Assembly (NCBI GenBank): GCA_030917815.1
Contig: JAUPTZ010000010.1
Coordinates: 11,944 to 75,943, forward strand
Reading direction: 5' to 3'
Source of the DNA: Candidatus Babelota bacterium
GTDB lineage: Bacteria > Babelota > Babeliae > Babelales > JAUPTZ01
DNA length: 64,000 bases
A program made the position numbers and the translations under genes. Below, piece by piece: positions 38,587-53,500 of this stretch. How positions within the stretch are numbered: the stretch's first letter is position 1; the number at the start of each line of letters is the position of its first letter. Below the pieces are notes generated by a model. That model did not search any database, was not told the origin of the DNA, and worked only from the letters and a program-made list of their open reading frames with translations.

Positions 38587-41500
38587 TTATCGTCGACTCG
38601 ATGATCTAACCCGCTTCCTCTGACGCGCTCGCCCCTTTACTTGCACTAAAGTTGGAGACTGCATCGGTTTACCAGTCGCAAAATACGGAGAGTTTTTCGG
38701 TATGACAATGTAACCTGCATAGTCGCCACTAGTTTCGGCCGCCGCAGAAAAATCGGCTCCATATCCCTGCACTCGCCCATTCTCAGCTAATATAATTTGA
38801 TCGGGTGGCATAGTAACGGCACCGGCCAGAGACCCGTTGCCAAGCGCCGCAGCTATGGTCGCGTCAAGCACAAAGTCTTTATGCTCATCGGCCCGCAAGG
38901 TGCCGCCAAAATCAACATAGAGAATCCCGCCCTGATCAATAGTCTTAACCGGATGGCGCGGCGGAAGCCCATTCGACATGCGAGAGCCTAAGCATAAGTT
39001 GTCACCAGCAATGCGTAAGGTACCACCACCGGTTGCTCCTGGATCAAATTTCTTCGTCTCATCAAACGTTACCCCACTCAATGGAATCGTCCATGGGGAA
39101 TAATTATCAGTAGAGCCAAATGACGTAGGCCATCCAATATTCATGCGTGATTGATGTGCAAGAAACAATATCTGCGTTGATCTGTCTTTAGCAGAAATCC
39201 CCGATTCACCAGCGGTCTGCAATGCTAATTCAATCGTTGATGGCTGAAGCATCGTCGCGCCAGGAGTTAACGCGCTACGATAAATATCAAAAAATCCATC
39301 GCGCAGCGAACTCGTAGTCTGCACGCCGTCAGAAGAAAGCTGCACAGAAGCGCTCAACGTACCATCGCTCATACGATTTGCAATCGATCCCAGTTGAAAT
39401 ACCGAGCCACGGCGGCGACCGGAATCATGAGTACGGCCCCGTTGATACAGTATTAATGCTGAGCTATTATCCCCGTTAGCAGTATCGCTCCCGCCATCCG
39501 CACTATCATTTTCGTGAACGTTCCAGCGAACACCGGCACTCACCAGCGATTCTTGGCAGGCAATAATACTATTGCATAACGAAATTGTTGGACCCCAAGT
39601 ATCACCAAAGAGCGTAGAGCGCTCACCGCCAATAATAGTTGGTAATGCACTCGTAGTTACGCTAGGCAATTGCATTTTCCCTAAATTACGCGAAACATCA
39701 CTCTGTATATACCAAACATTATGCAAATGAGTCGGTGCATTCACTAAAATTGATGACGAATTATAGCGCCCATATAACGCATTTTTCGTTAATGGTCGTA
39801 TACCATAGAGCGGATGCTCTGACGGTGCCGATACTTGACGTGCCGCACTGTGTGATGACTGCGCAAAAAAGGCATCACCACTAGCTTTTAGATGATTTAA
39901 AAAGAGCTGCTGAACCAATGCCAATGGCGGAAATACGGCAGGCAATAGACCAGAATCACTTGTCTCATACCAGGTACCACTTACAAAATTGTAAGCCCAT
40001 TCAACAAAAACACCTTTCCCATCAAGGAAAACTTGCCAACGACCAGTAGACGCATTATACGTCCATTCATCGAAGTTTGGCGTGTACATCCATGAATTTG
40101 AACTATCCTGCTGTGTCCATTGTATGGAACTATCGCCAGCACTAACCCAATATGGCGATATGCCATCAAAATAATACCAAGAATTAACCGTAGGATCGCC
40201 ATCACGAACCCAACAGTTATGTAATGTCGTATAACGCCAGCACGCAGTATCAAACACCCAGACCCACTCGCCACTGGTGTCATTGTAGCGTACTTGATTT
40301 TTCCCAGAACTATCGGTCCAGTAATAAGAATAGCCTTTTCGAACATCATAGGTCGCCCGGCCATTGCCAAAGCTATCACTACCAACCCATGCCTGCGCAC
40401 CCGAGGCCCAGCTCATGAGTGGTGAAGTGTCAAATGCATGAGCATTGATCAAGGCTCTCATCACCTGATAAGTCATTATGAATTGCGTAAGAGGACGTGG
40501 CAGGATAAAGCCGCCAGGAAGTGACGACCATCTATTGGCAATAAAGTCATAGGTAGATGAAGTGTAGCGATCAGTAGTTGGGTGGTACGTCGTGCTTCCA
40601 AGCCGCGCACCGCTAAAACGATGCCCATTATACCTATAACGCCACTGTTCTTCAGCCGACAAACTGGTCCACCTTGTGGTCGCGGGGTTATAGCTCCAAG
40701 CATCGCTCTCATCAAGATTGTTTTGCCACATCAACGTACTACTATCATAGGTAAACGATTCAGGACGATAAGGATTCAAATAATTCTCCCATACCCACGA
40801 ACCGTCAGTAGAAAGCGAAAACTGCACTCTATCATCGATCCAGGACGGCTCATCAACCGCTTTAAATGAAACGGTAATCTGATGTGATGATTGTGTACTA
40901 TCATAAGAAATCCTCATCCTATTGCTTTCGTTTGCACCCAACCAGGTTCCGTCATCTTGCCGCTCAAACGTTAAATCGGTCACTCGACCAAATGAAATTC
41001 CAGGTTCTCCAATCACCGCATCAAAGACGGTGCTGATAACGGTCGTTTGGCGCACTACTGAAGGAGGTTGGAAATCGGTGAGATCTTCGGGCGGCGTACC
41101 GGTTACTAAATACCATGTCAGCGATGGTTCATCGTAACGCCATACCGAAGCATCGCCATTCGCCAATAAAGCACCCCATGAACAGGTAAGTGGCTCATAG
41201 CGCCAGGTAATGTCATTGTGCACATCATACCAGGTTGCGCTTAAAGGCGTATAACGCCAATCGGCAGTAACATCTTCCGGATGAGCCGAATCATAGTGCC
41301 CCCATATTTTAAGATCATTACTACTACTCAGTAGCTTCCACGAATCATGGCTAGGCCCCGCAAGCACGTGCGTTGTAGTATTATACGTCCAGGTTTTTGT
41401 TGAAATCTCAAGCTCCTGCACCCATGTCCATGCACCGGTACTAGGATTATAGGTCCAATGAACTGAGGAATCATCAGTTTCAGAAGTAATGGACGGAGTC

Positions 41501-44500
41501 CCTTCCTGCACCAGATCAACGGTCACGGTGCTTCCCGGCCTTACCCATTCATAAACGTCAGGCTGATCATCAATTGCCGTAAGACTTCCGGCCAAGCGTG
41601 GCTGCGGAAAGAAGCTTTGCGCAGCCAACTCGTACATCACGTTATTCAGATAATACTGATGAATCAAGGCAACTGGTGGCATTTCAACACCGGTTACAGA
41701 ACCGGTAAGCCGCTCCCAAAATCGTCCCGCCGTTTTGTATTGCCATGATGCTTCCCAAGCCGGCGCACTCCAAACGTCATCACTTGATGAGTAATACCAC
41801 AGTACCCCATCGGTCACCGAACTCTGCCAGCTATCATCGCCTGGATTATAACTCCATGTTACCGACTCGTCGGCATTTGTCCAAGTTCTCGCTACTCCAT
41901 CGTACGTCCATCTCGTAGCATCGATATTCCGCTCCATCCATACGCCAGTATTTACATCATACGAAGCAATGTACGGATTATTAGTCTCAAAATAATTCTC
42001 CCACGTCATCAGTGCCGTAGCAAAATTAATGGTAAAGAAATTTTGCTCACTATTCCCGGTCCATACCGCAGCCGCTTTTGCTGGCGTATAGGAAATATCC
42101 TGAGTTTCAGCCGCATTAAGCGATTTCCAATAAGAAGGAAACGCCTCGTCATCGCCAGTAGCTACAATTTCTGCAAAAGTGCTCCAACCAAACGGGCCAC
42201 CACTTTTATCAACCCCACCGGCAAACCTGACTGCATCCATTATCGATGCAATAAAGGTTTTTTGGAGCACAATCAATGGCGGAAACCCATTGGCAGGCCG
42301 ACTAAGGTTCGTGGTAATCTGTCGCCAACTATGTGATAAAAATTCATAGCGATACTGCCACAGCCGTTCACCATCGTCATGCACCCATAAGCTCGTAGAT
42401 GCATCATAAAGCCAAGCGGCTACACCATCGTTCTTAATCCATGTACCATCTGAAGGAGAATAGCGCCACTGGTCACCATCAATTCCACCGGTTACATTTA
42501 CCCAAACAAGAGTCTCTTCGTCTTGTATCCAAACCGCTTCGTCATGGCTCTGATTATAGATCCAGACAGTACCAAGCGACTCAGCCCATCCTGTCTCTGT
42601 GGCAACACCATCAATACTTTGCTCCCACGTAAAATTACCCGTAATATCATCAAAAGAAAAGGTAAGCGCACCATTATCAATTGGCCGTGGTCCTACAAGG
42701 CGCCCCGCGAGAGTATGCGTAGTTGGGCTATATATTACCGCAAAATCTACCGGATCATTTATCACCGTAAGCCTACCATCGCTATCAAAAAAAACTCCCC
42801 AATTGGTAAGTCCACTTTCCGAACAGACTCCATTGGCCAAAAATGCGCGCAAAATTCGCTGCATATACAACTGTTGCACGAGCGGCAGCGGCGGGGTTTC
42901 ATCAGGCAATATCGCATTGAATGATACAGCTCTCCACGGTGATTCAGTCGACTTAAAGTCATAAAACCACTCACTGTTATCACCTACGTGAGTCCACAGA
43001 GAAGTATCACCATCCCAACGCCAATGCCCGCCCCAACGGCCAAGATAATCCAATCGCCAAACCTGATCACCACCCGACGTTTGTGTCCATTCCCGACTAG
43101 TGCGATCATATGACCACGTATCACCACTCAAAACATCTCTCCACTCGGCGGTAACCTCATCAAAAATATATGCATTGCCTTCGCTTATATAAGAATCCCA
43201 TTCGCTATGCCCCGTATCTACCGCATAGGTAAATGCAATATCGGCCCCATCCCCCAGCGCCCTGCCATTATTTCTCCAAGTAATAGTCGTTGCGTGGTCA
43301 TTGTCAATACCAGAGGTGGTAAGAACCGCGTAATCATTAAACCGACCCCCGGTCATATGCCATTCGGTAGAACTAGTTTGAGTTACTGCTTGAAGCGGAC
43401 CTAAAATATTCCATGCCGACCCAATAATCGCATTCTGCACTGCCACCAATGGCGGAAGCCCACCATCAGGCTGACCTAGATGTGATGATATTTGTTGCCA
43501 TGCACCGGCCAAAAATTGATAACTCCACAGCCAAGTACGCTCACCATCATCATAAGACCAATGCCCGGTTGAAGGCGCATAGACCCACACCGTATCACCA
43601 CCATCTTGCGTCCAATGCGTACCAGTTAGACTAGACTGCCAGGTTGTCTCACCAGCTGTCCACGTATTAGCGCTTGGATCATATACCCATTCGTCCGCAG
43701 TCCTATCATGGGTCCACGTTAATAAATCAGCGTCATATCTCCATACCTCAAACCACAAAGGATCTATTGAGCGAAACCATGTAAACGAACCTGTTTCAAC
43801 CGTATAATCAAAACCAAATGTACTATTAGCGATCAAAGAATCACCGTTGGTATAACGACCGCTAAGGATTCCACCATCCGTAGTGCAGGTCACCTCCAAA
43901 TCACCATTCCCATTAACTGCTTGATACGTAGCTAAAGATGGCGAAGCAAACACCCAGTCGGCCGTTGCAGTTTCAGCAAATACACCAGCACCTAAGAACG
44001 CTGAAATAATACGATGCACATACATTAGTTGCACCAAAGGTAATGGTGGCATAAATGAAGGAAGTGGCGCTGCAGGGGTTAATGGCTCCCAGGGACTGTC
44101 AGGCGCGGTAAAATCATATACCCATTTTGTACCGGTTTCCCTGTCGGTCCACAACCCATTAACGCTATCCCACGCCCAAGCTTGTCCAGAATGACTCCAT
44201 GCCTCACTCTCAGAATCATACACCCATGCAGTAGCACCAGAGTCGGTTGTCAAAACTCCGGTTGCTCTATAATAGACCCATGGTTCAACCCCATCGACAA
44301 AATTATTCCAAGTCGAAGTACTAGCATTAAAAACCGCAACAGGGTTAGTATCTTCAGGAGTAAGCCACGTAGTAGAGCCGGTGCGAAGTGATGCGGTAAA
44401 ACTGGTGTCAGAATCTTCGCCCAGAGCATTCCCCTTATTGCGCCAAGCAATGGTTGCATCGGCACCATCTTCTGCAAAAGTAAGTGTCGCGTAGTCATTA

Positions 44501-47500
44501 AAATAGCCACCTTTAAGTAGCCAGACGCCATCCTCAACCGATGTAACTGCCGGCACATCGTCAAAAACCCCGGTAAACGATTGAATAAACGCCTTTTGCA
44601 CAACAATCAGTGGTGGCAGTCCGCTAGCTGGTAGCCCTATATTGTCGGTAATCTGCTCCCAAGTATTAGTGAGCACACGGAAGCTATACTGCCATGTATG
44701 CTCACCATCATCGTATGACCAATGACCATTTGATCGCGTATACGTCCAGACCGCATCGCCATCGTTCTGCGTCCACACCAACCCAAGCTCATCCGACTGC
44801 CAGGCCCCAAGATCTTCAGGCCCGGTCCATGTATTCACTGCCTCATCGTATGACCACTCCTCACCGGTTTGCCCGTCCAGCCACAATGCACTCGTGCCAT
44901 CGTATACCCATACCAAAGGTAGTCGTGGGTCGATTGTCACCTGCCACGTAAAGCCACCGGTATTAACATCATAGTCAACGGTAACCGCATCATTTATAAA
45001 GGCATAATCACTAGTACGAGACCCGGTCATCGTACCATGTGAAGCATCATAAGAAACGGTGAAATCATGAGTACTATTAGTTAAGGTAAACAGAGCCGAA
45101 GAAACAATCGGTGAAGCAACAATCCAATCAACTTTACCGCTCTCATCAAATATTCCATCCAATAAGAACTGCCGCAAGATACGGGCGCTATGCATCTGTT
45201 GTACCAATGGTAACGGCGGAGTCACCCCTGGTAGCGTTGCATTAAGCGATAAGGCATTCCATGGCGTATCAGGCATAGTGAAGTTATAGCCCCATGTGGT
45301 CTCATCAGCAAGGTAATACCATACACCGTTATCAATATCCCAGGCCCACTGTTCACCACTATTGGCAACCCAAGAGCTCGTTACATTATCATAGGACCAC
45401 ACTCGATCACCACTATCGGTCTGCGTCCACTGAATCACCAGCGGATCATAGCTCCAGGTCTCGCTACCGCCAGTATCGGCCCACGCACCAGTACTTGCAT
45501 CAAACGTGTATGAGTCAGATGTCCCAACATTATTGAACCAGACACTATCTCCGGTAGTCAGTGTATAATTAAAAGATGCGCTTGGATCACTACCCAAATT
45601 ACTGCCAAAGTCTCGCCACATAATAGTAGAACTGCTAGTGTCAATTGGCGTCTCAAGAACAGCATATTCGTTGAGATAGCCACCAGTTAATATCCAATGG
45701 CGCGAATCATACTGCTCAACATCAAACAAGGTACCCAACGCATTCTGCAAAGAATCTATAATAGCTTTTTGTACAACCACGAGCGGCGGCAGGCCACCAA
45801 TCGGCTGACTATCAAACGAAGTTACTTGCTGCCAGACACCAGCCAATGCTAAATAGCGCCACTGCCATACCACATCACCATCATCATACGACCAAACACC
45901 ACCTGAATTGTATGTCCAAACCGTATCCCCACCATCTTGTGACCATTCTCCGGTAATCTGATTAGACTGCCATACCACAGCGTCGGGCCCATTCCACGTA
46001 TTAGTATTAACATTGAATGTCCATTCTTCACCGGTCTGCTGATCGGTCCATATACCAAGATCGGAGCGATACTGCCATCCCTCTACCACCGGACTATTAA
46101 TCGTACGCAACCAGGTAAAATCACCATATTCTACGTTGTAAGAATCAAGCGTATATGATCCATTAATAAAGTCGTAGTTGCTCACTAATGAACCTGAAAT
46201 CTCACCGGCAACCGTATCATATGCTACCGTAAAAGTTTCGGCCTCATTGATCGCTATATAGGTACGGTCAGCAAGACTGTCTATCATCCATGCCGCATCG
46301 CTACTTTCAGCAAGCACACCACCACTTAAAAATTGATTCAGAATAAAGTGCATATAGACTTGCTCAACTAACGGTAATGGTGGCAGTTTATCTGGTAACA
46401 CTACTTCAGCCGCCAAAGCCTCCCAGGGGCTATCAGGCTGTGTAAAATCATAAAGCCATTGATACCCGGTCGTCACATCGATCCACACAGCGGCACGAGC
46501 ATCCCACATCCAATTATGCCCACCAGCAGTTATCCAGTAACCGGTTGTTTCATCAAACGACCAGGTTAAATAACCGCCTGAGACCCGGGTCCACGTAACA
46601 TCTTCGGCATCATATTCCCATACGATATCGGTACCAACTTTATACCACGCATCAGTAATAGTCGTTGCCGGATCCTCGCCACCATCAAGATACCAAGAAC
46701 TCTGGCCGGTACTTACGTTGTACGTAAAAGTGACTGCTGGGGTACTCTCTAAATCGTTTCCATTACTCCGCCACTCAATCGTTGCGTTTGAGCCATCTTC
46801 TAACACGATCAATGTTGCATAATCGTTAAAATAACCACCAACCAGAGACCAGCCATTTTCATCATTTTGCGTAATGATAATCTCACGGTCAACGCATATA
46901 TCTGCAAGGCCATCAAAGAATGCTTTTTGCACTACAACTAACGGTGGCAGCCCTGTTGACGGCATGCCATCAAATGAGGTTACTTGCTGCCACGTTTGTG
47001 ACAACAGAATATACCGCCACACCCATAGATGATCACCGTCATCGTATGACCAGTGCCCATTCGATCGAGTATAGGTCCACGACGCATCGCCATCATTCTG
47101 TATCCACTGTCGATGGGCATCATTGTAATGCCAAGTAACCGCATCGGGCCCTGTCCATTGGTGCGTGTCAAGAGAATAATGCCACTCTTCACCGGTTTGC
47201 TGATCGGTCCAAATTCTAGAGGTACTGTCGTATAGCCACTGCTGCGGCCATTCAGGGTCAATCGATAACTGCCAACTAAAATCACCTGACGTACGATCAT
47301 GCGCAACATTCATATATGATAAAAGCGAACCTTCTAACCTGTTCTCTTCAGGATTGTAGGTAACAGTGAAGTTATTACCGCCGTTCTCAATCGTCAGCAG
47401 TGCATCTGATAACACCGGCGAACTCAAAATCCAATCAGGCTCTCCTTCATCGTCAAAAGCTCCTGCGACCAAAAACTCATTTAAGAGCCGAGCCGCATAC

Positions 47501-50500
47501 AACTGCTGCACCAGAGGCAAAGGCGGGGTAGTTGTTGGTATTTCAGCATCAGGTGTCAATGCAATCCATGGATGATCTGAAGCAGTAAAGTCATAAAGCC
47601 ATTCATTGTACGGCGCAACGTGCTGCCACAGACCGGTGTCGGCTTGCCACAACCAATCAACTGGAGAACTCGTAGTATTCCCATACATCCAGTACCCGGT
47701 AGTTGCATTAAATGTCCATACTTGCGACCCACCGTGTGTTTGTGTCCATGTTTGCGCGCTAGCATCATATGCCCATGTATCTTCAGTTGCCACATCGGTC
47801 CAGGTGCCGGTGGTTGCATCGTAGGTATACGCCGGATCATCTGCACCATCAAGGTACCAAAGAATATTTCCCGTACCAACTGCAACAGAAAAATTCACCG
47901 CTGGATCAACTTCTAAATCAATGCCATTATTACGCCATTCAAGTACTGCATCAAAACCATCGGACGGTGTTATGGTTGCATAATCATTGAAGAAACCACC
48001 TTGTAATGTCCACTCTCCAGAATCCTCATCAACAGAAACATCTATCGTAGTGTTGCCAACGAGAGTGCTCAACGAGTCAACAAAAACTTTTTGTACAATC
48101 GCAAGAGGCAAAAATCCGTCAGCCGGTCTGGCATCATACGCGGTGTACGGCTGCCACATGCCAGCAAAAAATAAGTAACGCCAATTCCATTGATTTTCTC
48201 CATCATTATGCGTCCAATAACCGGCAGATAGATCATACGTCCAACTCACCGAGCTATCTCTTTTTGACCACACTAACCCGGTTTCATCGCCAGACCATTC
48301 GGTAGCATCAACGCCATTGTGCCATGTTAAAGTATCGGAATCATAGATCCACTGTTCACCGGTTTGGCCATCGGTCCAAACCGTGTTAAACGCCCATTCT
48401 TCCGGCAATCTTTGGTCAAGAAATCGCTGCCACGTGAAACTACCCAGTGCCGTATTAAGAGAGACTGCTACCGATCCGGTCGCTAATGAGTATGGGTTAC
48501 TAAAATTCCCTTCAAGGCTACCGGCCTGCTTACTATACACAGCGGTAAAATCATTCGCATCATTACTTATCATGAATACCGTATCAGCTACCGGTGGAGT
48601 ATTAAAAATCCAGTCATTTTTTTCACTGCTATCAAAGGCACCGGCTAGCAAGAATTCATATACTAAACGCTTACTATACAACTGCTGTATTAAGGCCAAT
48701 GGTGGTGTTATTGAGGGGGCTGACTCGGTCGATGTCAACGGTTTCCATTGACTGTCGTCGGCTGTTAAATCATAGATCCAATAAACGGTTGTAGCGACTT
48801 CTTGCCACAAAGCTTTATCGGCATGCCACATCCAATGCGTTTCATCCTCACTACCACTACCATATACCCAGTAGCCGGTAGTAGTATCGTAACTCCATGG
48901 CAAATCATCCCCTGAACTGTGCGTCCATGTTCTTGATACTGCCGCATATACCCATTCATTACTATCAGAGATCTGAGTCCAAGTCCCACTCTCTGCCACG
49001 AAAGTATAGGCAGGATCGCTGCTACCATCGACGTACCAAGAGGTGTCACCAGTAGCCAGCGCATGAGAAAACCCAATAACAGGATCGGTTTCTAAATCAT
49101 ACCCATTATTTCTCCACACGATCGTTGCAGTCGAAATATCATCCGGAATCGTAAGCATTGCATGATCATTAAAGTGTCCACCCAGCGCAGTCCACTCGCC
49201 ATCATCGGTTTGTAAAATTACTGCGTTATCACTGAATACATTCTGCAATGAATCAAGATAGGCTCGTTGCACCACCACCAGCGGAGGGAATGATAATGGA
49301 TACGCATGGCCATCATCACCAGATGCTATTTGCTTCCATGTACCGGCCAAATAATTGTAATGCCACTGCGATACCAAAATACCATTGTCATACGACCAAT
49401 AACCGGTTGATGGGATGTAATACCAGGAGCTAACACCATCAGACCATTGCCGTGTTATTGGATTTGAGTACCAAATCACTTCATCAGCATCGGCCCACGC
49501 ATTAATAGCCACATCGTACAACCATTGCTTACCGGTCTGATTATCGGTCCAGATATGAGACACGCTATCATATACCCATTGTTGCTGCCATTGCGCATTA
49601 ATCGATTGGTTCCAGGTAAAATCACCCGTATGAGTGTTAGCCGTAACCGAAATCGCATCATCAGCAAACGAATATGAACTTATCGAATGTCCTTCAATAG
49701 TTGCATCATTAACAGAATACGTAGCAACAAAATCGCCAATACCATTTTGCACACGCAATAGTTCATCTACCACCACATCGGTATCAAAAATCCAATCGGC
49801 TTGACCACTCCCTACAAAAACACCTTCCACTAAAAATGCATTCAGCACATTCTGCGAATACATCTGCTGCACTAACGGAAGTGGTGGCGTTATTGTCGGA
49901 ACCGTTGCATCGGCCATATTAGACGACTCCCAAGGACTACTTGTTTCCACAAAATCATAAAGCCAATCACTACCAGTAGCTACATCATGCCACAATGCAT
50001 TCGTACCATTCCAAATCCAATGTGCCTCATCACTGCCATTATGATAAATCCATTCTCCAGCCACTCCATCAAATGTCCACACCTGACTGCCACCTGTTAT
50101 CTGCGTCCATGTCTTTGACGACGCATCATAATCCCATACATTGGTACCAGCAGCGTTACTCCATGTGCTTTCTGTACCATCAAAAGTATATGCTGGATCC
50201 TCACTACCAGAAAGATACCAAGACTCATCACTCGTTGTTAAAATGCGTAAAAAATTAATATCTGATGTGGCACCAAGATCGTTTCCTTTATTTCTCCACG
50301 CTATCGTTGCTGGATCACTATCATCTGGTACCGTAAGCACCGCATAGTCATTAAAGTAACCACCACGAGCAATCCACTCGGTCGGGCTTTCTTCAGTAAC
50401 TACTGCGACATCGTTTAGCGCATTCCACAACGCATTAATAAACGCCTTTTGCACAACCAGCACGGGAGGAAGTCCACCCGATGGCGTGCCGCTATGAGAA

Positions 50501-53500
50501 GAAATTTGCAACCAACTATCGGTTACCATTTGATAAGACCATTGCCACGCACGCACACCATCGTTATGTGACCAATACCCGGTTAATGGATCATAGACCC
50601 AAACAATAGAACCGGAATTTTTAGACCATGATAACCCGGTAACATCTGACTGCCACGTAGTACCACTGTGACTCCACTTATGCGTATCATCATTATAAAG
50701 CCATTCTTCTTCGGTCTGCAGATCGGTCCACGTCTTCGCGTCAGCATCATACATCCATTTTTTTTGATGCTCAGGATCAAGCCGCAATTGCCATATAAAA
50801 GAATCCGACTCACTATTGCTGTATACCGTTACAAAAGAAAGCAAATGCCCCTCGATTTCATGCGAGAACGGATAATAAACCGCTGTAAAATTATCATCAC
50901 TATTGTGTACCGTAAATGAGGCCTCAGAAACCACCGGAGAGCTAAACAGCAAATCTTCTTTACCACACTGATCAAAAACACCCATAGGCGCAAACTGATT
51001 CAATACATAGACACGATACAACTGCTGAACCAATGGTAACGGTGGCCTTACCGTTGGTAACGGTGCATCAGGAGTTAACCCCTCCCATGGATCTTCCGAA
51101 ACCGTAAAATCGTACAGCCATTGTGTCGTACTGCCGCCAATATACAACCAAAAAGCGTGTTCAGCGTCCCAATGCCAGCTCTCACTACTATCGGCAACCC
51201 AGTGGCCTGTCGTACTATTGAATGTCCATATCTGACTACCGCCAATCGTTTGTGTCCAAGATGTCTCTTCCGCATTAAACACCCATACATCACCGCTGAT
51301 ATAGTCGGTCCATACCCCTGTTGTTGCATCAAATGTATAAGCAGGAAGCCCGCTAACAGCCGTATACCAGTGCACAGACCCACTCTTGAGTGAGTACAGG
51401 AAATTAGTATGGGGCGTCGCCGCTAAATCATCCCCTCTATCACGCCAGGTTAACGTTGCATCAGCATTATCTACCGGCATGGTAAAAACTGCATAATCAT
51501 TAAAATAGCCGCCACGAGCGATCCATCGATCACTTTCATGCGTCATAATGGCAGTATCAGTAAACACATCAAACAAAGTATCGATTACCGCCTTATGAAC
51601 CACAACCAGCGGAGGCAATCCTTGCGCAGGTTCTCCCGCATGAGAAGAAATTTGCTCCCAAATTCCGGTCAAAAAGATATATTTCCACTGCCAAACAAGA
51701 TCACCATCATCATACGACCAATAGCCGGTTGCCGGTTCGAAAGTCCATAACGACTCAACCTCATCACTGACTTGTATCCACTCCATAGTTATCGGATTGG
51801 ACTGCCACGTTACTAGCGGTTCACCACCGGTCCAAGTGCTACTATCTAGATCGTATGCCCACGTTTCATTAGTCTGCCCATCAACCCAAATTTGCTCATC
51901 ACTATCGTACGTCCATACATCTGTCCATCGCGGATCGAGGGATCGATACCACGCAAACCCACCAGTATCAAGATTGGCAGCAACCGATACGGCTCCATCA
52001 GCAAACAAATAGCTGCTCACATAATTTCCAAGAATATAACCAGCATTGCTATCAAAACTAGCGGTAAAATCTCCATCACTATTGTTCACCGTCAATATAG
52101 TATCATCAACCACAGGAGAATTCGTTATCCAATCGGTTTTACTGCCTTCAGGTAACACACTGGCAAACAGGAACAGCAGTCGCTGACTAAACATTTGCTG
52201 CACAAGAGGCAAAGGAGGAATCTCAGTAGGAATCGATGACGCCATATCAACCGATTGCCACTCATTACGAACAAAATCATAAAACCATCGAAGCCCTGTA
52301 ACGGTATCAATCCAAACAGCACTGTCCACATCCCATCGCCATGGAAGTCCTCCAGACATCAACCAATAACCAACTGTTCCATCAAAATACCACTCGCTAT
52401 CCCCGCCAACCGTCTGTGTCCATGTTCTACCATCACTGTCATAGGTCCATTGCTCACTCTCATCGGCATTGGTCCATAAAAACCCGCTAGCCGAATAGGT
52501 ATACGCAGGGTCACTATCAGCAATAGTATACCAGCTCATATTTCCCGTACTCAGTGCATAGGAAAAATGTGTCTCGGGTGTTGCACCCAAATCATTGCCA
52601 TTACTACGCCACGTAATAGTTGATAATGAACTATCGGTTGGGATTGTGAAAGTAGCATAATCATTAAAGCGGCCGCCGGTTAATTTCCAATGCCCTGACG
52701 AAGTCTGAGAGATAACCGATAATTCGTTAAAGACAGTCCAGAGCGAATCAATAAACGCTTTTTGCACCGCTACTAAGGGAGGCATGCCACCAACCGGCAC
52801 ACCAGGACGAGAGGATATCTGCTGCCAGACGCCAGCCAACGCTAAATAACGCCACTCCCACGCATGAGTACCATCGTTATGCGTCCAATGTCCGGTTGAT
52901 GGTACATAGATCCATGCATGACTACTGCCGGCCTTTATCCAGCTCAGCCCATCTTGCCCCGACAACCAGGTTGTCGTGTCATCAGGGGCGATCCAGGTAA
53001 ACGTTGCATCATCATAGGTCCATTGCTCAGCCGTTTGAAGATCGGTCCATGTGGCCAAATCAGAATCATACTGCCACCGCTCTGCAAATCGCGGATCAAT
53101 ACTACGTGCCCACACAAAGTCGCCATATTCAATGCTGTAAGAGACAAGCGAAAAAGTTTCATTGGTATATGGATGTCCACTAATAAAACTTCCATGTACA
53201 TCCCCGGTAATCGTGCTACATCCGACGATAAAATCACTCACACTGTTAACAGCCGAATAGGCGCCAGTACTTGGCCCGCTCACGATCCAATCGGCCTTTC
53301 CACTTTCTGCAAATACACCGGCCGCTAAAAAATTGTTCAAAATTTTGCGGCTATACATCTGCTGCGTCAGCGGCAACGGTGGTGTTACCGATGGTAGATC
53401 GGCGGCAGACAGCGGTCGCCATGGGGCGCTCGGCATCGTAAAATCATAAATCCACTCAGACCCATCGGCAACATGCTGCCATTGTCCTGCATCAGGTTGC

